Source: Candidatus Cloacimonadales bacterium (GTDB lineage Bacteria; Cloacimonadota; Cloacimonadia; Cloacimonadales; JAFGVF01). From it: 64,000 bases of DNA. Numbering within the stretch: position 1 is the stretch's first letter; the number at the start of each line of letters is the position of its first letter. This document shows positions 1 through 10,208 of the stretch, piece after piece. A program made the translations under genes and the position numbers. The stretch spans positions 32,001 to 96,000 of the forward strand of contig CAXXJV010000002.1 in the NCBI GenBank assembly GCA_963663475.2. The letters run 5' to 3'. A model generated the notes under the pieces. The model worked only from the letters and a program-made list of their open reading frames with translations. It was not told the DNA's origin and searched no databases.

Positions 1-142
1 GCACACTAACAACAAAGCTAAAAATACAAAGCCAAGTGAAAAGACTTCTCATAGCCAAGATAATCCAAACAAGAAAACTTTTAAACCACGTAAAAGGCCT
101 TACCGCAAACCTAAGAAACAATCGGATAATAATGCCGAATAG
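1..142 (+). CDS. 3' end of an upstream gene (partial; Lys/Asn-rich tail ...KPRKRPYRKPKKQSDNNAE*)
   Basis: Open frame from base 2 to TAG at 140-142, 7 bp before the next gene; product not identifiable. Confidence 0.6.
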   Translation, partial: HTNNKAKNTKPSEKTSHSQDNPNKKTFKPRKRPYRKPKKQSDNNAE

Positions 143-149
143 ATAAATT

Positions 150-938
150 ATGTTAAAATTAAAGATTATAAAAGCCGGTTATTTTTACTCTGATGCCGGC
201 GCATCTTTAGGGAATCTTCCTCGGTCTATCTGGGGAAGATTTCTTTCAGTAGATGCTAAACATAGAATGAGATTAGATTTAAACTTGTTACTTATAGAAC
301 TTGATGATAGGTTAATTTTAGTTGATACAGGTTTAGGTAATAAGCTAACTCCTAAAGAAGATGAAATTTTCTCTCCTCAAGTAAAGTCTTTTCCTGAGCT
401 TCTTGCCCAACATGGTTATAAAACTTCCTCAATAACTGATGTTATAATGACTCATTTACATCATGATCATGCTGGTGGAATTGTCAGTATTGATAGTGAT
501 AATCAAGAGTATTTAACTTTTCCTAAGGCAAGCTATCATATTCAGGCTAAGGAATGGGAAATAGCTAAAAATCCTGATGTGTTAAATAGGGCAGCCTATG
601 ATTATGCCAGGAATCTCAAACTTTTAGAACAAAAAGGTAAGATAAATCTCATTAATGGTAATGTAGAAATATTCCCAGGTATTAACTTGCAACTAGTGGG
701 GGGACATACTGAAGGAATGCAAATTCTGCTAATCAATCGAGATAGACAAAAATATATCTATGCTGGTGATATTATACCTTCTCAAACCTATCTTAAGTTA
801 GCAATAACCTCAGCTTATGATGTTTGCCGAAGAGATACTGTGTCTGCTAAAGAGCAAATTCTCCAAAAAGTCCAACAAGAAGGCTATGTCCTAATCTATG
901 ATCATTCAACTCAGGAGACTTTTTATGAAATCAATTAA
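150..938 (+). CDS. MBL-fold metallo-hydrolase (YtnP-like)
   Basis: THLHHDHAGG metal-binding motif, LVDTG, GHT, and C-terminal H motif. Confidence 0.88.
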   Translation: MLKLKIIKAGYFYSDAGASLGNLPRSIWGRFLSVDAKHRMRLDLNLLLIELDDRLILVDTGLGNKLTPKEDEIFSPQVKSFPELLAQHGYKTSSITDVIMTHLHHDHAGGIVSIDSDNQEYLTFPKASYHIQAKEWEIAKNPDVLNRAAYDYARNLKLLEQKGKINLINGNVEIFPGINLQLVGGHTEGMQILLINRDRQKYIYAGDIIPSQTYLKLAITSAYDVCRRDTVSAKEQILQKVQQEGYVLIYDHSTQETFYEIN

Positions 939-1770
939 AAACTTTCTATTCTTAGCCACCTTCATTGCTTTAACATTGCTAATGCTTACCGCTTGTAACA
1001 ATTCTCAAACTAAGCAAGCAAAAGGAATTATTGTTACTTCTCCTGAAGTTGCTGAGATAATTGCAGAATTAGGTGGACTTGATCAAATAATAGCCAGAAC
1101 AAAATACTGTGATTATCCTGAAGAAATGCTAGAGAAAGAATCAATAGGAGATTTTAGTAATATTGATATTGAGAGAGTTATCCAGCTTAAACCTAAGATT
1201 ATCTTTACAGCAGCTTTTGAACAGCAAGAATTTTATGATAAAATGAAGCCTTTTGGCATTGAACTTATCAAGATTCATTCTAACTCTCTTGAGGCTTATT
1301 ATAAAAATGTTAGATTAATAGCTGAGAAAATAGGTAAGTCGAATAGAGCAGATTCTTTGATAAATTCTTTTCAACAAAGTCTTGATTCTCTTGAATTACC
1401 TACTAACAAACCAAAAGTTTACTTTGAGATATCTTCTAATTTAGGTACAGTTACAGACCAATCCTTTATCGGAGAATTAATCAAGCTTGCTGGAGGGAGC
1501 AATATTTTTGGAGATATTAATCAAGACTTCTTTATAGCCAAAAATGAAGATATTGTTCATGCTAACCCAGATGTAATTATTGCCTTATCATATGTTAGCA
1601 AGGAAGAGATACTTGCCAGAAAGGGCTGGCAGAATATGTCTGCTCTAAAAAATAATAGAATATATACGGTTGATGATATTGATATTGATACAGTGATGAG
1701 AACTATTCCTAGGTCTAGTCAAGCTCTAAAGTTATTTAATAGCTGGTTCTTAGATTATGACAAAAAGTAA
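925..1770 (+). CDS. Cobalamin/iron-siderophore ABC transporter substrate-binding lipoprotein (BtuF-like)
   Basis: Lipobox LTAC; 'YCDYP', 'DIERVIQLKP', 'NPDVII' helical-backbone receptor motifs; AGGAG before ATG 925 (track start 898 is too early). Confidence 0.82.
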   Translation: MKSIKNFLFLATFIALTLLMLTACNNSQTKQAKGIIVTSPEVAEIIAELGGLDQIIARTKYCDYPEEMLEKESIGDFSNIDIERVIQLKPKIIFTAAFEQQEFYDKMKPFGIELIKIHSNSLEAYYKNVRLIAEKIGKSNRADSLINSFQQSLDSLELPTNKPKVYFEISSNLGTVTDQSFIGELIKLAGGSNIFGDINQDFFIAKNEDIVHANPDVIIALSYVSKEEILARKGWQNMSALKNNRIYTVDDIDIDTVMRTIPRSSQALKLFNSWFLDYDKK

Positions 1771-2689
1771 CAGACTCAGTCTCTCTTTAGGCTTAGGCCT
1801 CTTCTTTATTGGAATTTCTATTCTCTACTTATTTTATAAAGTGCCATCTTTAGAGATTTTACAAGCAATTAGACTACCTCGTTTTATCCTAACCCTAATC
1901 ACAGGTATAGTTTTAGCAAGTGTAGGAAATATATATCAAATGCTCTTAAACAATCCTCTTGCTGAGCCCTATATCTTAGGTACAAGTTCAGGTTCAGCCT
2001 TGTTTTCTATAACAGCTTATATTCTGGGTTTTACCTATCTGATGCCCTTGTTTGGCTTCATAGGTGCAGTCTTAGCCATGTCTTTAGTTTGGACCATAGC
2101 CAGAAGAGGTTCAGGAGTTAATACAGTCAAACTAATTCTCTCAGGTATCATTGTATCCATGATTTGTTCAGCTGTAATATCCCTTTATATTTATCTTTTC
2201 CCTAACCAGATAACAATTATAATGGGAACTTTAATGGGTAGCCTCAATCATGTTTTTACTAATTTAGAATGGTACATTTTTTTAATATTAGTATTTATTT
2301 CATTGCTTTTATTAATTTATTTATATTTTCTCTCAAACAGTCTTAATATAATTGCAACTGGTGAACTTACAGCTCATTCTCTAGGGGTAGATACTAGCAA
2401 AATTAGGAAGCAGATTTTCATTATTACTTCTATTTTGATAGCAATAGTAACTTCTTATTCAGGAATTATAGGTTTTGTGGGGTTAATCATCCCTCATATA
2501 GTAAGAATGATATGTGGCGATAACTTAAGGAACAACTATTTTATTACTATGTTGATTGGAGCTACATTCTTGCTCCTTTGTGACTTCCTAGCTTATCATA
2601 TTAGTCCTTTTGGAGAGCTTCCAGTAGGTATAATAACAACATTAATAGGATCAGTATTTTTTATATCAATCCTAAGGAGAAGCAATTAA
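1757..2689 (+). CDS. FecCD/BtuC-family ABC transporter permease
   Basis: IRLPR, NPLAEPYILG, GIIGFVGLIIPH, LPVGIIT motifs; multiple TM segments. Confidence 0.9.
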   Translation: MTKSNRLSLSLGLGLFFIGISILYLFYKVPSLEILQAIRLPRFILTLITGIVLASVGNIYQMLLNNPLAEPYILGTSSGSALFSITAYILGFTYLMPLFGFIGAVLAMSLVWTIARRGSGVNTVKLILSGIIVSMICSAVISLYIYLFPNQITIIMGTLMGSLNHVFTNLEWYIFLILVFISLLLLIYLYFLSNSLNIIATGELTAHSLGVDTSKIRKQIFIITSILIAIVTSYSGIIGFVGLIIPHIVRMICGDNLRNNYFITMLIGATFLLLCDFLAYHISPFGELPVGIITTLIGSVFFISILRRSN

Positions 2690-3561
2690 TGGAGTTTTTT
2701 AGACAATTGACTCTTGAAGATAAAGATCAAGTAATTAGAATTTGCAAAACCATCTGGGATGGTGATGATTATATACCCAACATTTTTGAAGAATGGGTAG
2801 AGGAAGACAATAGCTATTTTATAGGTCTTTTCAATGATGATAATCTTATAGGCTTTGGACGTCTTGCTTCTCACGGAGATGGTCATTATTGGCTAGAGGG
2901 ACTTCGCAAGAATCATGATTTAAAGGTTAAGGGGATTGGTAAAAAGATAGCTAATTATTTAATCAAGATTGCTATGGATAATGAGTGTCAATCTCTTAAA
3001 TTTTCTACTTATTATGATAATGTAGAATCTATATCCTTAAATGAAAAAATCGGTTTTGCCAAAATTAAAGAGTGGTCTTACTTGGAACTTGAAATAGCTG
3101 AACTAGCTAAAGATAGCTATAAGCAAGCAGGAGAAGATCTAAGCCAGCCTACTTTAGAAGAATTCAGAAATTTTATTTTAGAATCTAGCTTCTATAAAGA
3201 AATGGATGGTTATCTTTGTCAAGGCTGGAAAGTTTTTAATGTTTCTAGACAGTATCTAAGTCAACTTTACCACAAATCTACTGCCTATACAATCACAAAG
3301 GATAGTCAGATAGAGGCCATGGTAACAAGTCTCTTAGATAATGATAAGAATATTTTTATTTCTTTTCTTGAATATAAGACCAAAGCTCAATGTCATTCTC
3401 TACTAAGTAGGCTTATTGGACAAGCTAAAGCTGGAGGTAATAAGGCTATAAGCATAATTGTTCCAAGTCACTATAGAGTTGAATGCCTCTATGATTTTGG
3501 TTTTAAATCATGGGAGAGAAAAGATGATTTTCAACTCTATGAGTACCAAGGAAAACTATGA
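2689..3561 (+). CDS. GNAT family N-acetyltransferase
   Basis: 'WLEGLR...KGIGKKI' acetyl-CoA motif and 'N..SI.L.EKIGF'. Confidence 0.75.
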   Translation: MEFFRQLTLEDKDQVIRICKTIWDGDDYIPNIFEEWVEEDNSYFIGLFNDDNLIGFGRLASHGDGHYWLEGLRKNHDLKVKGIGKKIANYLIKIAMDNECQSLKFSTYYDNVESISLNEKIGFAKIKEWSYLELEIAELAKDSYKQAGEDLSQPTLEEFRNFILESSFYKEMDGYLCQGWKVFNVSRQYLSQLYHKSTAYTITKDSQIEAMVTSLLDNDKNIFISFLEYKTKAQCHSLLSRLIGQAKAGGNKAISIIVPSHYRVECLYDFGFKSWERKDDFQLYEYQGKL

Positions 3562-5048
3562 ATATAAAACGAAGCTCTGGGCTTCTACTCCATCCAACTG
3601 CTATTCCTAATAAATTGGGAATTGGTGACTTAGGATATGATACTTATAAATTTATTGACTTACTTGCCCAGCTTAAACAATCTTATTGGCAAATTCTCCC
3701 CCTAACAATACCTGAAAAGGGAAATTCACCATATTCACCCCTTAGCTCTTTTGCGGGTAACCCCCTCTTAATCTCCCCCCAAATCTTAGTGGAAGATAAT
3801 TTACTTGCTCCTGCTGATTTAACAAGTCTGATAGGATATTCAGATAGTATTGATTATGCAAGTTTAATCTTAGAGAGAGAAAACTTACTTAGAAAAGCTA
3901 TGGCAAACTTCTCTTTGCAAAATCAAGATTTTCTAGATTTCAGTAAAAACCCCTGGTTAGATGATTATTCTCTCTTTATTTCCCTTTATGAAAAAAATAA
4001 TCAACAGGTCTGGAGTCAATGGCCAGAAGAAGAGAGAAATCCTTCTAACTCATTAAAAAAACAACTTAAAATAAAATTAGCTTCTCAGATAGCTTATCAT
4101 AAATTTGTTCAGTATCTCTTCTATAAACAGTGGAAAAGCTTAAAAGCATATGCTAATAGCAAGGGTATTCAGATAATAGGAGATATACCTATTTATGTTT
4201 CATATAACTCTGCTGATGTTTGGGCTAATAAAGAGCTATTTCAACTTGGGAGTGATTATCAAGCCCAGTTTATTTCTGGCTGTCCTCCTGATAGCTTTAA
4301 TGAGGATGGTCAAATTTGGGAAAATCCCCTTTATGATTGGTCCAAAAACAAAGAAAGTGGCTATACTTGGTGGATTGACCGGATTAGCTATAATCTAGAA
4401 ATCTGTGATGTCTTAAGATTAGACCATTTTATTGGTTTTACACGCTACTGGAGTATCCCTGCTAAATTGTATGATGCCAAAGCAGGGGAATGGAAACAAG
4501 GACCTGGAGCAGACTTCTTACATGCCTTGCAAAAGGCAATACCTCAGCTTAAACTCATAGCAGAAGACCTAGGCTCGTTAAGTCCTCAAGTTACTCAATT
4601 AAAAGAGCAATTCAATTTACCAGGTATGATAGTACTCCACTATGCCTTGGATGATTGGGAATTCGCTAATGCCAACTTACCCCATAAAAGCTTTATCTAT
4701 ACTGGTACTCATGATAATAATACTAGCAAGGGATGGTGGAAAGATTATGCTTATAACCATGATATAATTAAAAGTAATTTTTATAAGTCCCTCGCTCAAG
4801 CTAGAGAAAATTCTGACTTTATTATTAATGAAGACAGTGTTGCTTATGACCTTATAGAGCTAGCTTATGCTTCCAATTGCCTGGTTGCTATTATTCCTCT
4901 GCAAGATATGTTAAATCTAGATGAAAATTATAGAATGAATAGACCAGGTACTGCTCAAGGTAATTGGGCTATTAGAATTCCCCAAGCTTATGCTTCTACC
5001 ATTAATCAAGAAAAAATCCTTGGTTTGATTAGTAGATACCACAGATAA
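3558..5048 (+). CDS. malQ: 4-alpha-glucanotransferase (amylomaltase, GH77)
   Basis: RSSGLLLHPT, SPYSPLSSFAGNP, LRLDHF, IAEDLG, YTGTHDN motifs. Confidence 0.95.
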   Translation: MNIKRSSGLLLHPTAIPNKLGIGDLGYDTYKFIDLLAQLKQSYWQILPLTIPEKGNSPYSPLSSFAGNPLLISPQILVEDNLLAPADLTSLIGYSDSIDYASLILERENLLRKAMANFSLQNQDFLDFSKNPWLDDYSLFISLYEKNNQQVWSQWPEEERNPSNSLKKQLKIKLASQIAYHKFVQYLFYKQWKSLKAYANSKGIQIIGDIPIYVSYNSADVWANKELFQLGSDYQAQFISGCPPDSFNEDGQIWENPLYDWSKNKESGYTWWIDRISYNLEICDVLRLDHFIGFTRYWSIPAKLYDAKAGEWKQGPGADFLHALQKAIPQLKLIAEDLGSLSPQVTQLKEQFNLPGMIVLHYALDDWEFANANLPHKSFIYTGTHDNNTSKGWWKDYAYNHDIIKSNFYKSLAQARENSDFIINEDSVAYDLIELAYASNCLVAIIPLQDMLNLDENYRMNRPGTAQGNWAIRIPQAYASTINQEKILGLISRYHR

Positions 5049-5425
5049 ATCCAATGTGCATTAGGCTTTTTTGAATAGAAGAATCTAGGGCTCTCTCTCA
5101 AGTAGACTGGACTTCCTCAACCCTAGGTAAGGGACTTCAAACGGAAATTCTGTTAACATCAACAGCCTGTATTCCTAGGAAAATGAGAATATTTTATTAC
5201 TATATTGATTCATCAAAAATCCCTGACTTGTGGTGCGTAGCTTTAGCGAAGATTCAAAGTATCGCAACCCTGGGTAATGATGGCTAACCAAAAGATATTA
5301 CCCTGTAAGGGTTTAATAAAAGAATTTGCACTCTTATCTAAAGCTTTATTGCACCATTTGGATTGAACAAGAGCAGGATAAAATTGGACTTTAATTTCAT
5401 ATAAAATGTGCATTATTGGGTTACA
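5046..5425. repeat. Mosaic of repeat fragments: family A (5046-5085, 5325-5370), family C reversed (5105-5144), family D (5256-5320)
   Basis: 5256-5320 is the near-exact reverse complement of 26917-26983; 5105-5144 matches the reverse complement of 27978-28016. Confidence 0.75.
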
Positions 5426-5464
5426 GGATGGTATAGTCAAGAAACTAGCAAAAAAAATAGAAAA

Positions 5465-7369
5465 TTACAAGTTTAATTTAATAATTATTATTTCTGCTAG
5501 GAAAAGAAAGAGAATTGCATAAAGAAGATATTTAAGTAATTCGAAGCTACCGCTTTCTGAGAAGAGATGACTAGTTAAGTCTCCTGAAACATCAAGATAG
5601 TTATCAGGGAATGAAACTTTGTTTTGCAAGCTTTCATTAATCTGATCTTGTCCTTGATTAACAGCATAATAGGAAATTTTAGAGCCTGAGACTAGCTTGT
5701 AAATACCAAGATCCTGAAAGACAAATGTTGGACTAAAGACTTGCTTATCATTTACTAGTGAGCCCTTAGGTAAATCAATACTATTACCTTGGTAGTAAGA
5801 TTCAATTTCAATATTACTCTTGCTAAGTTTTTCAAAAAGTTTATTCATAAAAACTGGATAGGCAGCATTAGTAACGAAGTCATTATTAGCATCAAAGAAG
5901 AGTAAATATGTCTGATTATTACTGGCAATCAGGGCTTGATTATTAGCCGCAAGCAGGGTTTTGCTTTTACTATTAATTTGATTATTAACAAGGTCATTGA
6001 ATCTCAACTCAGGGAAAATCTTACTATCTAAGTCTTTTAATATCTCATTATAGGGATTAGACCAGTCGGGATACTGATTTCTTACTATTCCTTTGTTTAA
6101 ACTGATATCATAAGTACTTTCAACATAGTTTACTAGAGATTGATCTGATTCAGTAGCTAAGACAATTACAGCTCCTTTTCCTTCATTATCTAATTGTTGG
6201 AGCAAGGCTTTGGTGTTGTTAGCCAAAGATTTTAATTTATAAAGTATAAAGATATCTGTAGTCGAAATGAGTTGCTTATTAACTCTGTTTTGAGGAAGAT
6301 ATTTAACATTATCAGAAGAATTAGCAAAAATGTTTACCATAGTTTGGAAAGGCAAAGCTATATTACTCTCTTCTGTGATAATTGTTATTTGTGGTTGCAA
6401 ATTAAAGTAAAAACTAAAATAAGCCCTATTGTCAGGCAGGTAATATTCATCTTGAACTTCAATAAAACCTTTCTGCCAACCGCTTTTCTCGATAGGAATA
6501 GTAAAATTTCCCTGCCAGCTTTTGCTAGCTTCTATATTGATGAAACGATCAAAAGACCTGTCATTAAAGTTAAGTCTAATAAGCCTGTCTTCAACATTTT
6601 TAGAAGCATAGTTGTGGATAGTATAATCAATGCTTACTTGCTTGATATTATTACTAGTAACAACTTGGGAAGAATTAATAGTAGCAGTTAGATTATTCCA
6701 TTCTTTTTCTTGGTCAATTATTGAGTATTTAATTTCTCTTAAAGAATCCTTGTAGCTAATTGTTTCATTTCCATCAGTTAAGACATACAGTTCATGATTG
6801 GCAGTACTTGCTTCCTGGATATCTTTAATAGCTTGAGAAATTAAAGAATCAAGTGGGAGAGCTTTATAAGTAATAGAGATATTCTGAATAAGAGAATCTG
6901 CTAGGGGTCCTTGCATAAACTTCTGAGATGTAATAAAGTTATCCTTGGTGTAAATTCTGATAAAATCATCATTACTGAGTTTGGAATTTATGGCTGTTAG
7001 TTTTTCTTTTAATAATTCAAGTCTTTGTGTTGATTGGGAATAGTAATCCATACTTAGAGAATTATCTGCAATTACCGAGATACTAGTCGGGGCATGGTAA
7101 TTACTGTCTATACCCAGAAAAGTCTTGAGAATTGGTCTAGCAAAGAGTAGGATAAGGAGTAATATTATGAGAACTCTGATAATTAATAAGAGAATATTTT
7201 TTAAGTTAATTTTACTTTTTCTTTCTTCCTTACTACTTTTGATAAACTTAAGTGAGCTAAAGATAAGTCTGTCTGGTTTTCTCTTAGCAAAAAAGTAGAT
7301 CAATATTGGAATTAGGGCAGTTAAGCTGGCAATAAGTAGACTAGAATTAAGAAAAGATAAAGAAAACAT
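5465..7369 (-). CDS. BatA-domain/vWA-like membrane-anchored protein
   Basis: N-terminal BatA signature (LIPILIY..., FSSLKFI, LLLIIR...LFARP), 'DNSLSM' and 'LTDG' vWA remnants, C-terminal TM. Confidence 0.8.
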   Translation of the reverse strand: MFSLSFLNSSLLIASLTALIPILIYFFAKRKPDRLIFSSLKFIKSSKEERKSKINLKNILLLIIRVLIILLLILLFARPILKTFLGIDSNYHAPTSISVIADNSLSMDYYSQSTQRLELLKEKLTAINSKLSNDDFIRIYTKDNFITSQKFMQGPLADSLIQNISITYKALPLDSLISQAIKDIQEASTANHELYVLTDGNETISYKDSLREIKYSIIDQEKEWNNLTATINSSQVVTSNNIKQVSIDYTIHNYASKNVEDRLIRLNFNDRSFDRFINIEASKSWQGNFTIPIEKSGWQKGFIEVQDEYYLPDNRAYFSFYFNLQPQITIITEESNIALPFQTMVNIFANSSDNVKYLPQNRVNKQLISTTDIFILYKLKSLANNTKALLQQLDNEGKGAVIVLATESDQSLVNYVESTYDISLNKGIVRNQYPDWSNPYNEILKDLDSKIFPELRFNDLVNNQINSKSKTLLAANNQALIASNNQTYLLFFDANNDFVTNAAYPVFMNKLFEKLSKSNIEIESYYQGNSIDLPKGSLVNDKQVFSPTFVFQDLGIYKLVSGSKISYYAVNQGQDQINESLQNKVSFPDNYLDVSGDLTSHLFSESGSFELLKYLLYAILFLFLAEIIIIKLNL

Positions 7370-7370
7370 T

Positions 7371-8387
7371 TTATTTGCCTAAAGTTATAGAAAAAAGATA
7401 GTCTGTATTATCCATGGTGAAGCCAGCAGAAACAAGAGAAACATCAATTCTAAACATAGAAAGAGTGTAACCTAAGCCAAATGTGTAGTTTATAGAATCC
7501 ATCTCTTCGAATTTATCACTATACATTCCTGCTTTAAATCCTAAAGACTGATTTAGAGAGGAACCATAGTTAAGTGAGTAACCATAACCTATATGGTAAG
7601 TCTGCTCTTCAGCTTTATTAAACCTTCCCTGAGTGGCTAATTGGAAAGTAGAATTTTCGTTATAAAAACCCATTCCCAGAGAGTATCTTTTCCTTAAATG
7701 ATCATTAGATCTGTCATTCCAATAGAGCTGAGAAACAATATCTTTCAAAGTAAGACCAACTAAAATACTGTTTTGACGATAAGTCATGCCAATATCAGAA
7801 GAGTATCCCACTACAGAACCATCTACAAACTCTTGAAGAACAAGTTCTCCAACTTGCTTGCGGTGACGTTGAAATATCTGACGTCCTTCGATAAACTTTA
7901 AATTGAAACCAAGAGTGAGTTTAGTATAATCATCATCTTGAGCAGCTAAAGAAAGAGTAAAAGCATTCATATATAAATCATGGTAATCAGAAATAAAGCT
8001 ATTTTCAAAGGTCTCAGTTTTATTATAAATCGGTTGATAGGAGATAGCAAATTTTGGTAAAGAGAAGGTATAGTAAGTAAATTGTTTTTCACTTAGAAGA
8101 TAAGAAGGATTTAAAATGCCACTAATTGCTTCATTATTCATCCTATTACTTCGGAAAGTTGCCGAAAAATAAGTTCCTCTTCTCAAAGCTAATAGAGCAG
8201 GATTCTCATAGGCTACTCCAAAATCTTCAGCAAAAACTTGATTAATTCCTCCTAAAGCAATGCCAATCGGAGAAACATTTCTTGCTGGTTGCTGCCAGTC
8301 ATAATCTATTGCTGGATAGGCAAAAAGATTAAGTGATACTGCTAAGATAAACGTGAGAAAAATAAGACTTACTATTGGGCGCTTCAT
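7371..8387 (-). CDS. Outer-membrane beta-barrel protein, PorV/UPF0164-like
   Basis: Signal peptide, 'IALGG...YENPALLA' FadL/PorV-type N-terminal motif, amphipathic strands, terminal 'LFSITLGK'. Confidence 0.6.
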   Translation of the reverse strand: MKRPIVSLIFLTFILAVSLNLFAYPAIDYDWQQPARNVSPIGIALGGINQVFAEDFGVAYENPALLALRRGTYFSATFRSNRMNNEAISGILNPSYLLSEKQFTYYTFSLPKFAISYQPIYNKTETFENSFISDYHDLYMNAFTLSLAAQDDDYTKLTLGFNLKFIEGRQIFQRHRKQVGELVLQEFVDGSVVGYSSDIGMTYRQNSILVGLTLKDIVSQLYWNDRSNDHLRKRYSLGMGFYNENSTFQLATQGRFNKAEEQTYHIGYGYSLNYGSSLNQSLGFKAGMYSDKFEEMDSINYTFGLGYTLSMFRIDVSLVSAGFTMDNTDYLFSITLGK

Positions 8388-9010
8388 TAAATTTCTTTCC
8401 TTTTTCGAGAAACTATAAAATTAACAGCAATCATTAAAATTGCAGCAATAAAAATTTTCATTGTTAAGCCTGGAGTAACTTGGGTTATTGTAGAAATAAT
8501 TAGTGATGCAACTACAGGTCCACCTACCATAAAATACTTTGCTGCCCGATATTGACCAAAGGCAAGTGCTATAATTGCAGAGATTATGCCAACAATTAAA
8601 GTAGAGGCTGGAGCAAAAAAGCCTAGATAACCAGCATAAGTAAAGATACCCCTTCCTCCCTTAAACTTATTATAGAATGGGAAACAATGCCCTAAGATTA
8701 AGAAGAATCCATATATGAAAAGGAGATTGTCACTAGCTAAATCAGGCTTGTTAAAAACACTTATAATGATATACTTAATAAAGTATAAGAAGAGATACAT
8801 TTTAGCAATATCTATTATACCAACTATTACACCCATTGTTTTGCTAACATTTGAGTAGATATTCTTAGTGTCAGCATGCCCAGTGCCTACTTTGGTTATT
8901 TTTAAATATTTGAATGTTTTAGCAAAAACTCTTGCAGTTGAAAAAAGACCACAAATATAAGCTAAAAGTGCTATGGAAATAGGGATTAATAAAGATTCAA
9001 TAATATGCAT
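8387..9010 (-). CDS. plsY: Glycerol-3-phosphate acyltransferase PlsY-like membrane protein (divergent motifs)
   Basis: GHCFP...FKGGRG motif 2, D..K in TM2, AY.CG N-terminus; motifs 1 and 3 degenerate. Confidence 0.7.
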   Translation of the reverse strand: MHIIESLLIPISIALLAYICGLFSTARVFAKTFKYLKITKVGTGHADTKNIYSNVSKTMGVIVGIIDIAKMYLFLYFIKYIIISVFNKPDLASDNLLFIYGFFLILGHCFPFYNKFKGGRGIFTYAGYLGFFAPASTLIVGIISAIIALAFGQYRAAKYFMVGGPVVASLIISTITQVTPGLTMKIFIAAILMIAVNFIVSRKRKEI

Positions 9011-9720
9011 TAATTCTCCTTTTTACTATAATCTCTTGCCCCAAAAATGGCAGAACCGATTCTTACAATATTGGCTCCCTCTTCTATGGCAATTTCAAAA
9101 TCATGAGTCATTCCCATTGATAAATATTCCATGTCAACATTATCTATGTTTAATGATTTTATATAATCGAAAATTCTCTTTAAATTCCTGAAGTAAGGTC
9201 TGGTAACCTCTGGATCATCGGCAAAAAGACCTATTGTCATTAAGCCTTTTATTTTTAAATTTGGTAAAATGCTTACTTGCTTAATAAGATCAAAAACTTG
9301 ATTCTCACCTGTTCCAGACTTACTATCTTCTTCGGTTGTATTGACCTGGATAAGTATTTCTTGGGTTAAGTTATTTTTGACACAGTATTTAGAAAGTTTT
9401 TCAGCTGTAGATAGTTTATCAATTGAATGAATTAGGCTAGGTTTTAACTCCATTAAATGCTTGATTTTGTTACTCTGAAGATGACCAATAAAATGAAATT
9501 CCTCATACTTGCCAGCTAAAGCTGGAAGCTTATCCTGTGATTCTTGAATTTTATTCTCACCAATATACCTTGCGCCTGCTTCTAATGCTTCACTAATAAG
9601 TGATATAGGATGGGTCTTGGTAACAACTACTAATTTTATAGTCTGAGCTTTGATTCCCTTAGCCTCACATACGTCTTCTATCTTTTTTACAACAAAATTA
9701 TAATTATCTTTTATACTCAT
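9010..9720 (-). CDS. yggS: PLP homeostasis protein YggS
   Basis: VVVTK, GENKIQE, HFIGHLQSNK, LSMGMT.D, VRIGSAIFG. Confidence 0.96.
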   Translation of the reverse strand: MSIKDNYNFVVKKIEDVCEAKGIKAQTIKLVVVTKTHPISLISEALEAGARYIGENKIQESQDKLPALAGKYEEFHFIGHLQSNKIKHLMELKPSLIHSIDKLSTAEKLSKYCVKNNLTQEILIQVNTTEEDSKSGTGENQVFDLIKQVSILPNLKIKGLMTIGLFADDPEVTRPYFRNLKRIFDYIKSLNIDNVDMEYLSMGMTHDFEIAIEEGANIVRIGSAIFGARDYSKKEN

Positions 9721-9964
9721 TTCTAGTTTACTCCTACAAACTTATATTAGGTAAAGCTTAATTACCCCTTAGTTATGTCAATAAAATTATTTACTAAGTT
9801 AGTAAAATAGGAATGATATTATTCAAAAAATGATTGGCTCATCAAAAGCCTGAATCCCAGAGGAATAAAAATATTATAGGCAGTCGTCGCAAGACACTGT
9901 TACGAAGACCAAGGAAATGAGCCCTACAGGGGCGACATTATTCATTTAGCATTTTTATTTATTA

Positions 9965-10136
9965 TTAAACCCCAATAATGCAGTAGACCTCTGTGAAAAG
10001 CAGAATATTCTTCTGCAAAAGTAAGATCCATAATTTCTCCGAATATATATAAAATATATGCGTCAAAATTCTGTAAGCTATTTTGCTAGAATAATCTGCA
10101 CTCTTCACTAAAGCTCTACTACACTATCTGGGATAA
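9965..10136. mobile_element. Family A MITE-like element, long (~170 bp) form
   Basis: Near-identical to 34582-34752, 36852-37020 and 44142-44311; imperfect terminal inverted repeats; no ORF. Confidence 0.8.
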
Positions 10137-10208
10137 AAAATTTCTTGCTAACTTATCTTTTAATGTTATAATGTGAAAATTGTTTAATAAAAATATGGAG
10201 GATTTAAA

